In this document: piece after piece, positions 1-9,964 of the stretch
Position numbering within the stretch: the first letter of the stretch is position 1
Layout of the letters: each line of letters begins with the position of its first letter
Source: Chloroflexota bacterium
GTDB lineage: Bacteria > Chloroflexota > UBA11872 > VXOZ01
Reading direction: 5' to 3'
NCBI GenBank assembly: GCA_963663275.1
Contig: OY760183.1
Location: forward strand, 3,392,001-3,456,000
Length of the DNA: 64,000 nucleotides
Program-made: the position numbers and the translations under genes
The notes under the pieces: generated by a model
The model's input: only the letters and a program-made list of their open reading frames with translations
Told to the model about the DNA's origin: nothing
The model's database searches: none

Positions 1-1005
1 CGCGCCACTCTGCTCCAGGCGCTCGACCGCGTCCCTGGCGGCGGCGTAGGCGCGGGCAGCCTCATCTTTCGCCGGCAAATCCGCGCGGTAGGCCCATTGC
101 ACGCGCTTGGACGCCACGCGCACACGGCGGTCCAGACCGGGCGTCTCATCCGGCAGCAGCGACGCCGCGGCGCGCACCACCTCACCCGCAAGTTGCAAAC
201 CGACTTCACGCGCGTCGCGCACGTTGCGCCGCACCACCGGCGGATTGACGTCGCCGCACGCGCCTTGGGTAAAGAGCGCCGTCACGCCCGGCCCCAGAGC
301 CGCCTCCACCGCGGCCATCGCAAAGCCCGGATAGTCCGCGGACACCAGCGGCTGGCTCATGGCGCAGATGGGATGGGCGGTAAAGTTGCAGAGCACCGCC
401 AGCGGCGCACCGTCGGGCCGCTGCGCCAGCAGCACGCCCACCTCCGGGTCGATCGGGCCGCGCCGCACCTCCGCCCCGGGCGCGCCGTGGTCCCAGTTGC
501 GGTAGATCCTGCCGTCGCTCCTCACCACCCGCCGGTTTTCTGAAATACCGTGAATTTCGCCCGAACCGGCCTTGATGACGGCCGGCTGGCGCTGTTGCCA
601 CGCCGCTATCGCCGCGCCCGCCAGGCTCTGTATGAGTTCCCGCACCCACGGCCACTCCAGATCGAGGGTCGAAAGGTCGATGGACGCATGGCTGCTGTGG
701 GTGTGGCTCGCGCTGAGCATCACGCGCCCGCTCGCAATCGACGTATGCGCCGCCACCTGCGCGCGCACCAAGTCGGCAAAGGGCGCCGGCGGAAAGCCGA
801 TCATGTCGCAGGCAATGAGCGCCGCCGCCCGCTTGCCGTCGTCGATCACCAGCGCCTTGGCCCACAGATCGTCGTTAACGCCCAGGAACGGGTCCTGCCG
901 GTCCCAGCCGTAGCCCAGATACGGCGTCCCGACCGCGGGCGTGATGCGGGCGCGCGCCGTGCCCACCTGGAAGTACGGCCCGCCTCCATCGCTCGCAGCG
1001 TCCAT
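1..1005 (-). CDS. Neutral/alkaline ceramidase-like hydrolase (3' end runs off the window)
   Basis: Manual translation from ATG at 1005 (GAGGTG RBS): MDAASDGGGPYFQVGTARARITP...DDLWAKALVIDDG...ASHTHS...NFTAHP...SADYPG...QGACGDVNP. These are family motifs. Absent from the ORF track because it is incomplete. Confidence 0.8.
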   Translation of the reverse strand, partial: MDAASDGGGPYFQVGTARARITPAVGTPYLGYGWDRQDPFLGVNDDLWAKALVIDDGKRAAALIACDMIGFPPAPFADLVRAQVAAHTSIASGRVMLSASHTHSSHASIDLSTLDLEWPWVRELIQSLAGAAIAAWQQRQPAVIKAGSGEIHGISENRRVVRSDGRIYRNWDHGAPGAEVRRGPIDPEVGVLLAQRPDGAPLAVLCNFTAHPICAMSQPLVSADYPGFAMAAVEAALGPGVTALFTQGACGDVNPPVVRRNVRDAREVGLQLAGEVVRAAASLLPDETPGLDRRVRVASKRVQWAYRADLPAKDEAARAYAAARDAVERLEQSGA

Positions 1006-1079
1006 CGCGCTCACCTCGCTTCATGCCGTTTCCGCGCGCTCGTTCACGTGGGAACAGGATACATGCCCGCGCTTGCGGC

Positions 1080-1237
1080 TGTCGAAAGGCCTGTACTGAG
1101 CTTGCCGAAGTGTGAACGGCGGGCCTGTTGCGCCGCGCTGTACTACCCGTTCATACTTCGACGGGCCTGTGCTGAGCCTGCCGAAGTGCTCAGCACGAAC
1201 GGGTAGTCGTAGGGGCGGTTCGCGAACCGCCCCTACG
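1080..1237. repeat. REP-like palindrome cluster (CTGAGCxTGxCGAAG family plus GTAGGGGCGGTTCGCGAACCGCCCCTAC hairpin)
   Basis: Imperfect hairpins in both orientations; related units recur at about 2210, 9050, 27490 and 47465. Confidence 0.75.
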
Positions 1238-1407
1238 CTGCCACGGAGAACATGGCACTCTTGGTGTCCCGCAATGCGGGCAAGGCGGAATCGCGCGGGA
1301 CATGCGCCTGATGCTCAGGCGGCGGTCCCGTGACCGGCCACACTTGCGTCCGCGCAACTCCTGTATAATCAGGAAAACTCCCGCCGCGTAGAGAATGGAG
1401 CGCCAGG

Positions 1408-2193
1408 ATGGACACGGAACTACGCGAAATCCCGCATCTCTTCGACGCCAACGTCTTTCTCGGGCCGATATTCCTCCGCCACGACGACACCCCGGACGAC
1501 GTGCCGCGCCTGCTGGCCGCGCTGGACGAGAACGGCATCGGCCGCGCGCTGGTGACCCACGGCCTGGCCAAGTGGCAGCATCCCGCCGCCGGCAACCAAC
1601 TAGCAGTAGATGAGACCCGGGGCATAGACCGGCTCGTGCCGTGCTGGGTGGTCATGCCGTCCATCACCGGCGAGTTGCCGCCGGAGCGCGAACTCGTTGC
1701 CCAACTCCTGGAATCCGGCGCGCGGGCGGCGCGGCTCTGCACCGGCATCAACCGGCTTACGCTGGAGCCGTTCGAAATCGATATCTTGCTGGAAGCCCTG
1801 GCCGAACGCCGCGTGCCGCTCTTCCTGGACACCAACAACCGCCATTGGAGCGAACCGCGTCCCTGGGCGTTCATCGAGTGGGCGTTGCGAACGTATCCCA
1901 CGCTGCCGTTGGTGCTCCTTCGCGAGCCGCCGGCGAACTATCGCACGCTTTTCACGCTCATGGAGCGGCACGACAATCTCTACGTCGAGACCTCGTATTT
2001 CCAGGGCCACGACGCCATTGCCCACGTGGCCGGACGCTGGGGCGCGCACCGTCTGCTCTTCGGCACCGGCCTGCCCGAGTGGGATCCCGGCATGGCCATC
2101 ACCGGGCTTACCTACGCCAGCTTTTCCGTGGAGGAACGCGATATGGTAGCCCACGGCAGCCTGCAACGTCTCATCGACAACTGCATCGTATAG
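1408..2193 (+). CDS. Amidohydrolase_2-like TIM-barrel protein
   Basis: FDANVFLG N-terminus, NLYVETS, RLLFGTGLP. The metal-binding His residues look partly substituted. Confidence 0.8.
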   Translation: MDTELREIPHLFDANVFLGPIFLRHDDTPDDVPRLLAALDENGIGRALVTHGLAKWQHPAAGNQLAVDETRGIDRLVPCWVVMPSITGELPPERELVAQLLESGARAARLCTGINRLTLEPFEIDILLEALAERRVPLFLDTNNRHWSEPRPWAFIEWALRTYPTLPLVLLREPPANYRTLFTLMERHDNLYVETSYFQGHDAIAHVAGRWGAHRLLFGTGLPEWDPGMAITGLTYASFSVEERDMVAHGSLQRLIDNCIV

Positions 2194-2201
2194 AGGACAT
2201 G

Positions 2202-2340
2202 CAACCACCATCCGTTCGTCCTGAGCATGTCGAAGGATGAACCGCCGTACAACCAGCGCCCGTTCGCCTGAGCCGGTCGAAGGATGAACCGCCGCACAAC
2301 CAGCATCCGTTCGTCCTGAGCATGTCGAAGGATGAACGGA
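2202..2340. repeat. Three tandem ~47-48 bp REP-like units (CCGTTCGTCCTGAGCATGTCGAAGGATGAAC)
   Basis: Direct repeats seen in the sequence, each palindromic, with near-identical linkers. Confidence 0.85.
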
Positions 2341-2409
2341 TGCACGAGACAACGACGCAACCGGCAGCCCTTGGTTTACCGCACTCAATAGCCAGAAAGA
2401 TGAAGCGAC

Positions 2410-3234
2410 ATGACAGAGACTGCGTTACCAGCCGCGAACGCCCCGATGACCATCCGCGAGGCCGCCCTGCGCGGCGAACCGCTCACCGATACGTTCGTCG
2501 TGAACAACCACTCCCACCTGGGCGAGTACTACGGTTTCCACCAGCCCGCGCCGGACGCCGATTCCCTGGTGCGCACCATGGACCGGGTGGGCATCGATCA
2601 GTCGTGCGTCTTTTCCAGCCTGGCGATTACGGCCGACATGCGCACCGGCAACGACCTGAGTCTGAAAGCGGCGCGGCGCCATCCGGGCCGTATTCTGGCG
2701 TATGCCGTGCCGGATCCCAATCTTGCCCGCCAGGTGCGCGACGAGATGCAGCGCTGCATCGACGCCGGTGTGCGCGGCATCAAGTTTCACACCGGCCTGC
2801 ATGAGTATCCCTTCGCCGGCCCGGCGTACGTCCCGGCCTTCGAGTTGGCGGACGAGCACCGCCTGCCGCTGATCAGCCACGGCGTGGACTCGCCCGACGT
2901 GCTGCGCCGCACCGCCCGCGCGTATCCCAACGCCCACTTCATCGTGGCCCACGCCGGCGCGGGCCGGAGACACCCGGAGGCCGATGCGGTTTACGACGTG
3001 GCGCAAGAAGAGCCGAACGTCTATCTGGATACCGCCGGTTCCGTCGCGCTCTACGGCATATTCACGCAGTTGGTGGCGCACGTGGGCGCGGGCCGGATTC
3101 TCTACGGCGACGACTTTCCCTGGATGTGCCCCACGCACCAGATCGGCCGCATCCTCCTGGCGCCCATCACCGACGACGAAAAGAAGCAAATCCTCGGCGG
3201 CACGATGCAACGCCTGCTCAGTACGCGCCGTTAA
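2410..3234 (+). CDS. Amidohydrolase_2 family metal-dependent hydrolase
   Basis: NNHSHLG, GIKFH, IVAHAG, NVYLDT, ILYGDDFP motifs. Confidence 0.9.
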   Translation: MTETALPAANAPMTIREAALRGEPLTDTFVVNNHSHLGEYYGFHQPAPDADSLVRTMDRVGIDQSCVFSSLAITADMRTGNDLSLKAARRHPGRILAYAVPDPNLARQVRDEMQRCIDAGVRGIKFHTGLHEYPFAGPAYVPAFELADEHRLPLISHGVDSPDVLRRTARAYPNAHFIVAHAGAGRRHPEADAVYDVAQEEPNVYLDTAGSVALYGIFTQLVAHVGAGRILYGDDFPWMCPTHQIGRILLAPITDDEKKQILGGTMQRLLSTRR

Positions 3235-3332
3235 CCGGCGCGGGGCTTCTCCACGGTGTCACCGTAGCGCGGGGGCTTGTCCCCCGCACCGCGCCCGCGG
3301 CTTTCGGTAATTCATCCCCAACTTAGAAAAGA

Positions 3333-3374
3333 CTGTGCCGTTCACCCGGCAAATCTACCGGATGAACGGCACAG
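3333..3374 (-). terminator. Intrinsic terminator between convergent genes
   Basis: 17-bp stem CTGTGCCGTTCACCCGG/CCGGATGAACGGCACAG (1 mismatch), followed by TCTTTTCT on the minus strand. Confidence 0.65.
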
Positions 3375-3484
3375 CAGCCTATTCTTCTCTCAACCAAACG
3401 GTGGCATCCCTCAGGATATAGCCTCAACAATGCAAGGCGATAACCCCTTGCGCGCCGGCGCTCAGGCCGCCGCGCGCCGGATAC

Positions 3485-4879
3485 CTACAGTTGGTCCGCC
3501 CACTTGTTGAGGACCTCTTGCACGCGCTCGGCGTGTTCCTTATTGGCCTCTTCGGGCGTGATTTCCTTGGCGTAGGCCCGGAACCAGATGTCGATGTTGA
3601 TGCCGATGATCTCATCGTTGCCGGGGATGACCGGCACCCACTTGGCGAGTTCCAACTCCGCCAGGTAGGCTTCAGCCTCAGGCACCTGCTCCAGGTAGCC
3701 GCCGAAGGACGCTGATTGCAGCGCGGGGATGTAGTCGCCGGCGCCGACCGACCAGCGCAGGTTCACGTCGCCGCCCAGGAAGAACTCGATGAGGGAGAAG
3801 CCCCCGTCGGCATTGGCCGCGCCCTGGGGCTGCGCCAGCGCCCAGCCGCCCTGGTAGTTGGTCGCCACGCCGTCCGGCGGCAGCGGCATGGGCGCGGACT
3901 TGAAGTTGATCGCCGATTCCCACGCCTTGCGATACGTGGCGGCATACCAGTGGCCGCCGATCATCTGCGAGACGCCGCCGGTGGTGAAGGCATCGTTGCG
4001 GTCAGGCCGCTGCTGGCCCAGGAACTCGTCGATGCGCACGTTGCCGCCGCAAAGGTCGACCATGTTGATCATGAACTTGAGCGCGGTCACGCCCATCTCA
4101 TTGTCGAAGTTGACCGTCTTGTTGTCGGGCGAAAGATATTCGCCGCCCTGCTGCCAGAAGTGGATGTACCACTGCAAGCCGACCGGCGGATTGCCTGGAG
4201 GGCCGGTGGAGTAGCCCAGGCGCTCGATCACGCCGTCCTGCCCCGCCTTGTGGAGCTTGAGCGTCGCCGATTCAAGCTCGTCCCAGGTGCTGGGCGGACT
4301 TTCCGGATCGAGGCCCACTTCGATGAAGTGATCCACGTTGAACATGTACGTGCGGGCGTCGGTGTGCAGGCCTACGCCGTAGATGTTGCCCTTCCACGTG
4401 CAGTCGTCCCGCAGCTTGGGCCAGACGTCGTCCCAGCTAAACGCCGCCGTGGCCTTGATGTGGTCGTTCAGGTTCAAGAGGAAGCCCGGCGCGGAAAGCT
4501 GGCCCGCCAGATAGCGGTCCATGTAGAAGACGTCCGGCGGAGCGCCGGCCGCCGCCGCGGTGATGAGCTTTTCTTTGCTGCCGCTGCCGATGTGGGTCGG
4601 CGTGAGCGACAGTTCGACATTGGGATTCGCTTCCTGGAACTCGTTGAGGAGCACGTTGCCAATGTGGCCTTCCAACAAGAAGTCCTGGTACGTCCAGAAC
4701 TTCACTTCCATGGGGCCCATCATCTCTTGGGAGTCGGCCTCGCCCTCTTCCTCAGCCGGCGCTTCAGCCCCATCCGCCGGGGCCATCGCGCCGCCCGTGG
4801 CGCAGGCGGCAAACAGCGCTCCGCCGCCAAGCGCGCCCGCCGTGCCGATCAGCATTCTGCGGGTAAATCTGGTCTCCAT
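3485..4879 (-). CDS. ABC transporter sugar-type extracellular solute-binding lipoprotein
   Basis: METRFTRR...LFAAC (twin-Arg plus lipobox); AAAAGAPPDV; P.TWDEL; GGWALA. Confidence 0.9.
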   Translation of the reverse strand: METRFTRRMLIGTAGALGGGALFAACATGGAMAPADGAEAPAEEEGEADSQEMMGPMEVKFWTYQDFLLEGHIGNVLLNEFQEANPNVELSLTPTHIGSGSKEKLITAAAAGAPPDVFYMDRYLAGQLSAPGFLLNLNDHIKATAAFSWDDVWPKLRDDCTWKGNIYGVGLHTDARTYMFNVDHFIEVGLDPESPPSTWDELESATLKLHKAGQDGVIERLGYSTGPPGNPPVGLQWYIHFWQQGGEYLSPDNKTVNFDNEMGVTALKFMINMVDLCGGNVRIDEFLGQQRPDRNDAFTTGGVSQMIGGHWYAATYRKAWESAINFKSAPMPLPPDGVATNYQGGWALAQPQGAANADGGFSLIEFFLGGDVNLRWSVGAGDYIPALQSASFGGYLEQVPEAEAYLAELELAKWVPVIPGNDEIIGINIDIWFRAYAKEITPEEANKEHAERVQEVLNKWADQL

Positions 4880-5225
4880 CGGTCCCCTCCTGTGTACGAA
4901 ACCGTAGAAAACATCCAAACGATACTGCCAAGCAGTGTACCACACACACCCTTACGTGCCATACACCCCCCAAGCGCGCCCAGTATAGCACGCCCTACAC
5001 CCATTGCCAAGATACGCCGAGACGTGCCTCTTGTCCCCTCTCCTTTGGGGAGAGGGCTAGGGTGAGGGGATCTGAGACTGTTCCCCTACCCTCAGGAGAC
5101 CTTTGCGTAACTCTACCGAAAAGTGGGAATTGTGTACGATCGGCGCCGGTTTTCCCCTCACCCCGGCCCTCTCCCCAGGGAGAGGGAGTGGAGCGGAGCG
5201 ACATCTTGTCCCCCCTCTCCTTTGG

Positions 5226-5366
5226 GAGACCTTTGCGTAACTCATCCCCTCGTGTCGAGAATGGCTGGGATGGGGGTGAGAAGGCTTGACGGCAAGCAAT
5301 CGGAAACGGTAAACGCACCTCTGGATTCCGGTTTTCACCGGAATGACGGAGTTACGCAAAGTTCTC
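5226..5366. mobile_element. MITE (~141 bp) with IS5-family-like terminal inverted repeats
   Basis: GAGACCTTTGCGTAACTC ... GAGTTACGCAAAGTTCTC; TTTG on both flanks; no transposase. Confidence 0.7.
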
Positions 5367-5416
5367 TTTTGGGAGAGGGAGCGGAGCGGAGCAGCATCTT
5401 GTCCCCTCTCCCTGAG

Positions 5417-5556
5417 GAGACCTTTGCATAACCCCTTCCCCATTGAGGGAGAAGGTTAGGATGGGGGTGAAAAGGCTTGAAATCGGGCTCTTTTTGGTTG
5501 TAAATGCAGTCTGGATTCCGGCTTTCGCCGGAATGACTGAGTTATGCAAAGGTCTC
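5417..5556. mobile_element. MITE (~140 bp), same family as 5226-5366
   Basis: GAGACCTTTGCATAAC ... GTTATGCAAAGGTCTC; CTGAG duplicated at 5412-5416 and 5557-5561. Confidence 0.75.
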
Positions 5557-5615
5557 CTGAGGGAGAGGGTTAGGGTGAGGGGGAAATAGCAGGACGGAAT
5601 TAGAGTGGAAGGGTA

Positions 5616-7130
5616 CTACAGCGGGTCGGCGAACGCCCGCGTGTCCTTTTCCGGGCCGTCGTAGTCGTCCAGCCAGTTCATCTCGGCGGTCAGCGGCCAG
5701 TGGTAGGGTTCCGGCGGGCGTACCTGCCGGGTCCACTTCACCATAAGCTCCAGGTCGGCCGCCTTCTGCTCCAGGCGGCGGGCGATGTAGTCCGGATTCC
5801 AGTCCACGTGCACGTCCGCAAGCAGTTGCTCCTGGACGTGGCGGTACTGCGGATCGGCGGCCAGGTCGGTAGTCTCGTGGGGATCGTTCTCAATGTTGAA
5901 GAGTTGCTCCGGTTCGCCCCGGTAGTAGTTCAGCTTCCAGGGACCGCGCCGCACCATGCGCTGGAAGCGCCCGTGCGGGGCGTACTCCGCCAACGCCATA
6001 TCTTTCCAGGCAGAATCCTCGCCCCGCAGCGCCGGCAGCAGCGAGTCGCCCCGGCCTTGCGGCAGTTGCGGCGCGCCGAGCGCGTCCAGCATGGTGGCGA
6101 CCACGTCCACCGTGCTCGCGGCCTGCCCAAAGCGCGCGCCCGCCGGCAACTTGCCGGGCCACGAGATAATGGCCGGCACGCGAATCGAACCCTCGTAGAA
6201 CGTCTGCTTGAACCAGAGGCCGTGCTCGCCCACCTGGTCGCCGTGGTCGGAGGTATAGACCACCAGCGTGTTCTCCGCCAGGCCGTTCGCCTCCAGCGCG
6301 TCCAGGATTTGGCCGATCATGGCGTCCATGCGGTCCACCAGCGCCCAGTAGGCCGTGCGCGAGCGCATGATCTCATCGTCTGTGGCCTTGTCCAGCCCGC
6401 ACTGCTCCCGCCACCAGCCGATGTAGGGATGCGGGTCGGTGGGCGGTTCCGGGTGGGTTGGCGGCGGTACCTTGCCCCAGTAGCGGTCGTAGTCGGCTTT
6501 GCGCGCCACGTAGGGCTGGTGCGGCAGCAGGTAGCCCACGGTCAGGCAGAACGGCTCCTTCAGCACCCCGGCCCGCCTCTGCCAGCCAAAGCGGTTGAGC
6601 GCGTCCACCGTGGCGGCGGTGGTGTCCTCGTCGATCACCTCGTAGCCGCTCTGGCCGGCGCCGGACCGCTCCAACGCCACGTGATACGGCCCGGCCGTGC
6701 CGCTGCCCAGCATACCCAGGTCAATCCCCGTGCCGCCGGGATAGTTTGGCGTGGCGTCGCCGCCGCGCCGCTCGGCGTAGCCGTGCAGGTGGTCCGCTCC
6801 CACGAAGTGCATGCGCCCGATAAGCGCCGGCCGATAGCCCACGGCTCCCAGCGCGTGGGCGAACGTGGGAATGCCGTGATCCAGAATGTGCCGGTTGTCC
6901 CAGGTCTCGATGTCGGTAGGATACTGCCCGGTCATGTACGACATGCGCGCGGGCACGCAGAGCGGCGCGGTGCAGTAGAGATTGTCCAATACCACGCCGC
7001 CCGCGGCGAGCCGGTCCAGGCGCGGCGTCCGCACCACCGGGTCGCCGTAGCAGCCGGTCACGGCAGGGTTGTGCTGATCCGAGATGATGAACAACAGATT
7101 GGGGCGCTGGGCGGACGAGGCTGCCGACAT
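5616..7130 (-). CDS. Sulfatase (choline-sulfatase-like)
   Basis: PNLLFIISDQH, CVPAR (CxPxR formylglycine motif), GRMHF, YTSDHGD. Confidence 0.92.
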   Translation of the reverse strand: MSAASSAQRPNLLFIISDQHNPAVTGCYGDPVVRTPRLDRLAAGGVVLDNLYCTAPLCVPARMSYMTGQYPTDIETWDNRHILDHGIPTFAHALGAVGYRPALIGRMHFVGADHLHGYAERRGGDATPNYPGGTGIDLGMLGSGTAGPYHVALERSGAGQSGYEVIDEDTTAATVDALNRFGWQRRAGVLKEPFCLTVGYLLPHQPYVARKADYDRYWGKVPPPTHPEPPTDPHPYIGWWREQCGLDKATDDEIMRSRTAYWALVDRMDAMIGQILDALEANGLAENTLVVYTSDHGDQVGEHGLWFKQTFYEGSIRVPAIISWPGKLPAGARFGQAASTVDVVATMLDALGAPQLPQGRGDSLLPALRGEDSAWKDMALAEYAPHGRFQRMVRRGPWKLNYYRGEPEQLFNIENDPHETTDLAADPQYRHVQEQLLADVHVDWNPDYIARRLEQKAADLELMVKWTRQVRPPEPYHWPLTAEMNWLDDYDGPEKDTRAFADPL

Positions 7131-7414
7131 ACGCACTCTCCTTCGCGATTCTCTCTTACATGCGGGGCCGGACTGCCGGCGCGTGCCGGGCGGCGCGTCT
7201 AGCGAGACCGCTGTTTGGCTTGATAGTAGCATAGCCGGCGCGGCAGACAGGCGAAGACTCTCTGCTGGGCCATGCGCCCGCCCGCCGCGCGCTCTCGATA
7301 CTGCCTAAGGATCCTCGCAATCAAGACACACCCCACGCCCCAGGCCGGACGCGGGGGTATCGTGGCTCCCGCCAGGCATCATGCGCTGGCTGCACAGCCG
7401 CCGCAGGCGCATCC

Positions 7415-8779
7415 CTAGCCGCCGAGACTGCTCAGGAACGTATCCATGATGGTCTGGAGTTCCACCTCGGTATCCCGCAGCGTCTCCTCGATGGTCTTCT
7501 CGCCGCCCAGCGCGGTTGGCACCACCGCCAGCGTCGCCGCCAGCATTTGCGGCGCGCCAGGCGCGGGAATGACGAAACGCCGGTTCTCCATCATTTCCAC
7601 CGCAATCTGGAGGAAAGGATCATTCTGGTGATACTCTTCTTGGCGGGAGACGTCCGGCCGGATGGGGAGCGTGTTGAAATTGTGCGACCAGCGCACGTTC
7701 ACGTCCCCGCTGCCAAAGTATTCCAGGAACTTCCAGGCGTTTTCCGGCTGCTCGCTCTGGGTGGTCAGGATCCAGGTATGGCAACCGCCGTAGGTCATGT
7801 GGCGGCCGTCCGGCGGCTTGGGCCAATGGGCGAAATGATACTGCACGTCCGGCACATCTCGCTGCATCAGGCCGTGGAGCGTACTCGGCCAGTAGAGATT
7901 GGCCACGTGCCCGTCGTAGAAGAGCAAGTGTGGACGGGTATCCTTGCGGAAGTCCTCAAGCGCCTGCCAGCCGCCCTGCATTTCGTAGATCTTCATGAGC
8001 CAGCGCAGGCCCTCGATGCCCTCCGGCGTATTGATGGTCACCTTGCTCCCATCCTCGCTCAGCGTCTCGCCGCCCAACTGCCACATGGGCACCATCCAGA
8101 TGCTGTTGATCTGCCAAAGCGGCGCGAACGCAACCAGTTCGGTGGTATCGCCGCTGATGCGCGTGAGCTTAGGGATAACGGCTTCGAGTTCTTCCCAGCT
8201 CTCCGGTGGGTTCTCCACGTCCACGCCGTTCTCCAAATAGACATTGTCATTCATGAAGACCGGGCGCACGTCCGGGCCGAACGGCATGCCCTGGATTTGG
8301 CCCTGCCAGGTGAGATCGCGCTGCAGCGACGGCCAGATGTCTTCTCTGCGTACGACCTCGGACATCGCCATGAAGGGACTCAACGGCTGCCCGATCTCCA
8401 GGGCGGCGAGGGTCTGCGCCTGCCACGAGCCGGACTGGCCGATGTCGGGGCCGCTGCCGGCAGCCATAGCGGCCTGCAGTTTAGTGACGCGGTTGCCTTC
8501 GGGAATGGTTGGGTCTACCGTTAGCCCGGGGTTCTGCTCCTCGAATTCCGCCACGACCTCCGCCCCCAGCCCCTCACTAAGCGTCCAGAACGGGACGGTG
8601 AAGATTGTGATCGTGTATGGCTCAGGCGCGGGCGCCTCCGTGGGAGCCGGCTCCGCCGCGGGTTTTTCCTCCATCGTTTCCGCCGGCATCACGGCGGTCC
8701 CGCAGGCCGCCAGCGCAAGCGCTCCGCCCAGACCGCCGGTAGCAGCGAACAGCCGTCTGCGTGTAATTGGCATAGCCAT
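7415..8779 (-). CDS. ABC transporter sugar-type solute-binding lipoprotein
   Basis: ITRRRL...LAAC lipobox; AAGSGPDI; PESWEEL; paralog of 3485-4879. Confidence 0.9.
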   Translation of the reverse strand: MAMPITRRRLFAATGGLGGALALAACGTAVMPAETMEEKPAAEPAPTEAPAPEPYTITIFTVPFWTLSEGLGAEVVAEFEEQNPGLTVDPTIPEGNRVTKLQAAMAAGSGPDIGQSGSWQAQTLAALEIGQPLSPFMAMSEVVRREDIWPSLQRDLTWQGQIQGMPFGPDVRPVFMNDNVYLENGVDVENPPESWEELEAVIPKLTRISGDTTELVAFAPLWQINSIWMVPMWQLGGETLSEDGSKVTINTPEGIEGLRWLMKIYEMQGGWQALEDFRKDTRPHLLFYDGHVANLYWPSTLHGLMQRDVPDVQYHFAHWPKPPDGRHMTYGGCHTWILTTQSEQPENAWKFLEYFGSGDVNVRWSHNFNTLPIRPDVSRQEEYHQNDPFLQIAVEMMENRRFVIPAPGAPQMLAATLAVVPTALGGEKTIEETLRDTEVELQTIMDTFLSSLGG

Positions 8780-8999
8780 GAGTTTGCCTCCTGACTGTAA
8801 AACGAACACTACCGCGCTACGCTATAGAAGAGCATACGCCAGCAACGCAGAATTGTAAATAACTTCCCTATGAGATTCCAATACTATTGGCGCCTGGACA
8901 AATCGCTAAAGCGCCGCAGAGGAGTGTGCGCGTCGTAAGCATCCATACGCAGCATAAAGAGGCGCTTTGTGACCAGCCAAGGCAATCAGCCGGTCCTAA

Positions 9000-9171
9000 G
9001 AACCTGTTTACTATCTGCTTATGAGGGAGTTAGCAAAGCCGATAAAGACCGTTCGTGCTGAGCCTGTCGAAGCATGAACGGCTATTCGCCACCTTGCAAC
9101 GGCTCCGTTCACCCTTCGACAGGCTCAGGGCGAACGGTCCTCGTGCAGACAAAATGATCGTAAACAGGCTC
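9000..9171. mobile_element. MITE (172 bp) with IS5-like terminal inverted repeats and TAA target duplication
   Basis: TAA-GAACCTGTTTACTATC ... GATCGTAAACAGGCTC-TAA; contains an inverted pair of CTGAGCCTGTCGAAG hairpins. Confidence 0.75.
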
Positions 9172-9223
9172 TAAGAGACGCATTTGTGATGACGTCTGGA
9201 GAACTCGCTAATGGATGTCGCCG

Positions 9224-9793
9224 CTAGAAGAAGCTAAAGGCAAAGAGTTCCCGCAGAATCGCCCAGATGCTGCTGTAGACCGCGCCGACCCAGAAGATGC
9301 CGTTCAGGGTGGTGCCGATGACGACCAGCGTGTAGGCGCGCACGCCCTTGATCCGTAGGACCCAGATCAGCGGCACGCCGGCCATGGTGGGACCGGAGAA
9401 GGTGTAGACCGCCAGAATCCCCAGGTCGCGCCGCAGCGCCGACGCGCGAATGAGCCGCCGGATCCGCTCCAGGCGCCGCGTCTTGGCGCGGATCCAGTCC
9501 AGGAGGTCGAGCTCGATGGTGAGCAAATAGAGGAGCGCGCTGTTGAGCACGATCATTACCAGGATGGTAACCGTGGTGGCGACGAAGGCGTTGAAGCGCA
9601 AGATCAGGTAGTTGGAGAATATGGTGACGATGATGTCGATGGACGGCCACAGCACAAGCGTGACCAATCGCCGCAAATACTTCCTGACGGTGAGGCGATC
9701 GACTTTGCGCGGCGAGACGCGGTTGATGGCCATCGTCAAGCGTTCCGCTGGATCTCGGCGACTCTGAGGCGGCTCTGCCAGTGTAGCTGCCAT
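9224..9793 (-). CDS. Hypothetical membrane protein (~4 TM segments)
   Basis: Hydrophobic segments and coding-like codon bias; start uncertain. Confidence 0.65.
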   Translation of the reverse strand: MAATLAEPPQSRRDPAERLTMAINRVSPRKVDRLTVRKYLRRLVTLVLWPSIDIIVTIFSNYLILRFNAFVATTVTILVMIVLNSALLYLLTIELDLLDWIRAKTRRLERIRRLIRASALRRDLGILAVYTFSGPTMAGVPLIWVLRIKGVRAYTLVVIGTTLNGIFWVGAVYSSIWAILRELFAFSFF

Positions 9794-9964
9794 GGGGCAC
9801 CTTTCGTAAACGTTGTGCAGCGACGTCCGCAAGCAAGAGGCTGTTGCGGCGCCCTGAATCCACTATAAAGTGTTTCTTTATTATATTCAAACTACGGATT
9901 ATAAGTCAATAACTTCCTTCGCGTTTACACCCACAATATATGAAACTCTTGATGACTGGTTGCG

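Larger units (their letters stand above)
5035..5582. repeat. Composite REP/MITE cluster (CCCTCTCC..GGAGAGGG hairpins, dRS3-like hairpins)
   Basis: Several CCCTCACCC/CCCTCTCC hairpins and two CTGGATTCCGG..CCGGAATGAC hairpins. Confidence 0.85.

Noticed and set aside
2202-2340. Possible mini CRISPR array
   Set aside because: The linkers are short and nearly identical rather than unique spacers, the unit belongs to a dispersed REP family, and no cas genes are present.
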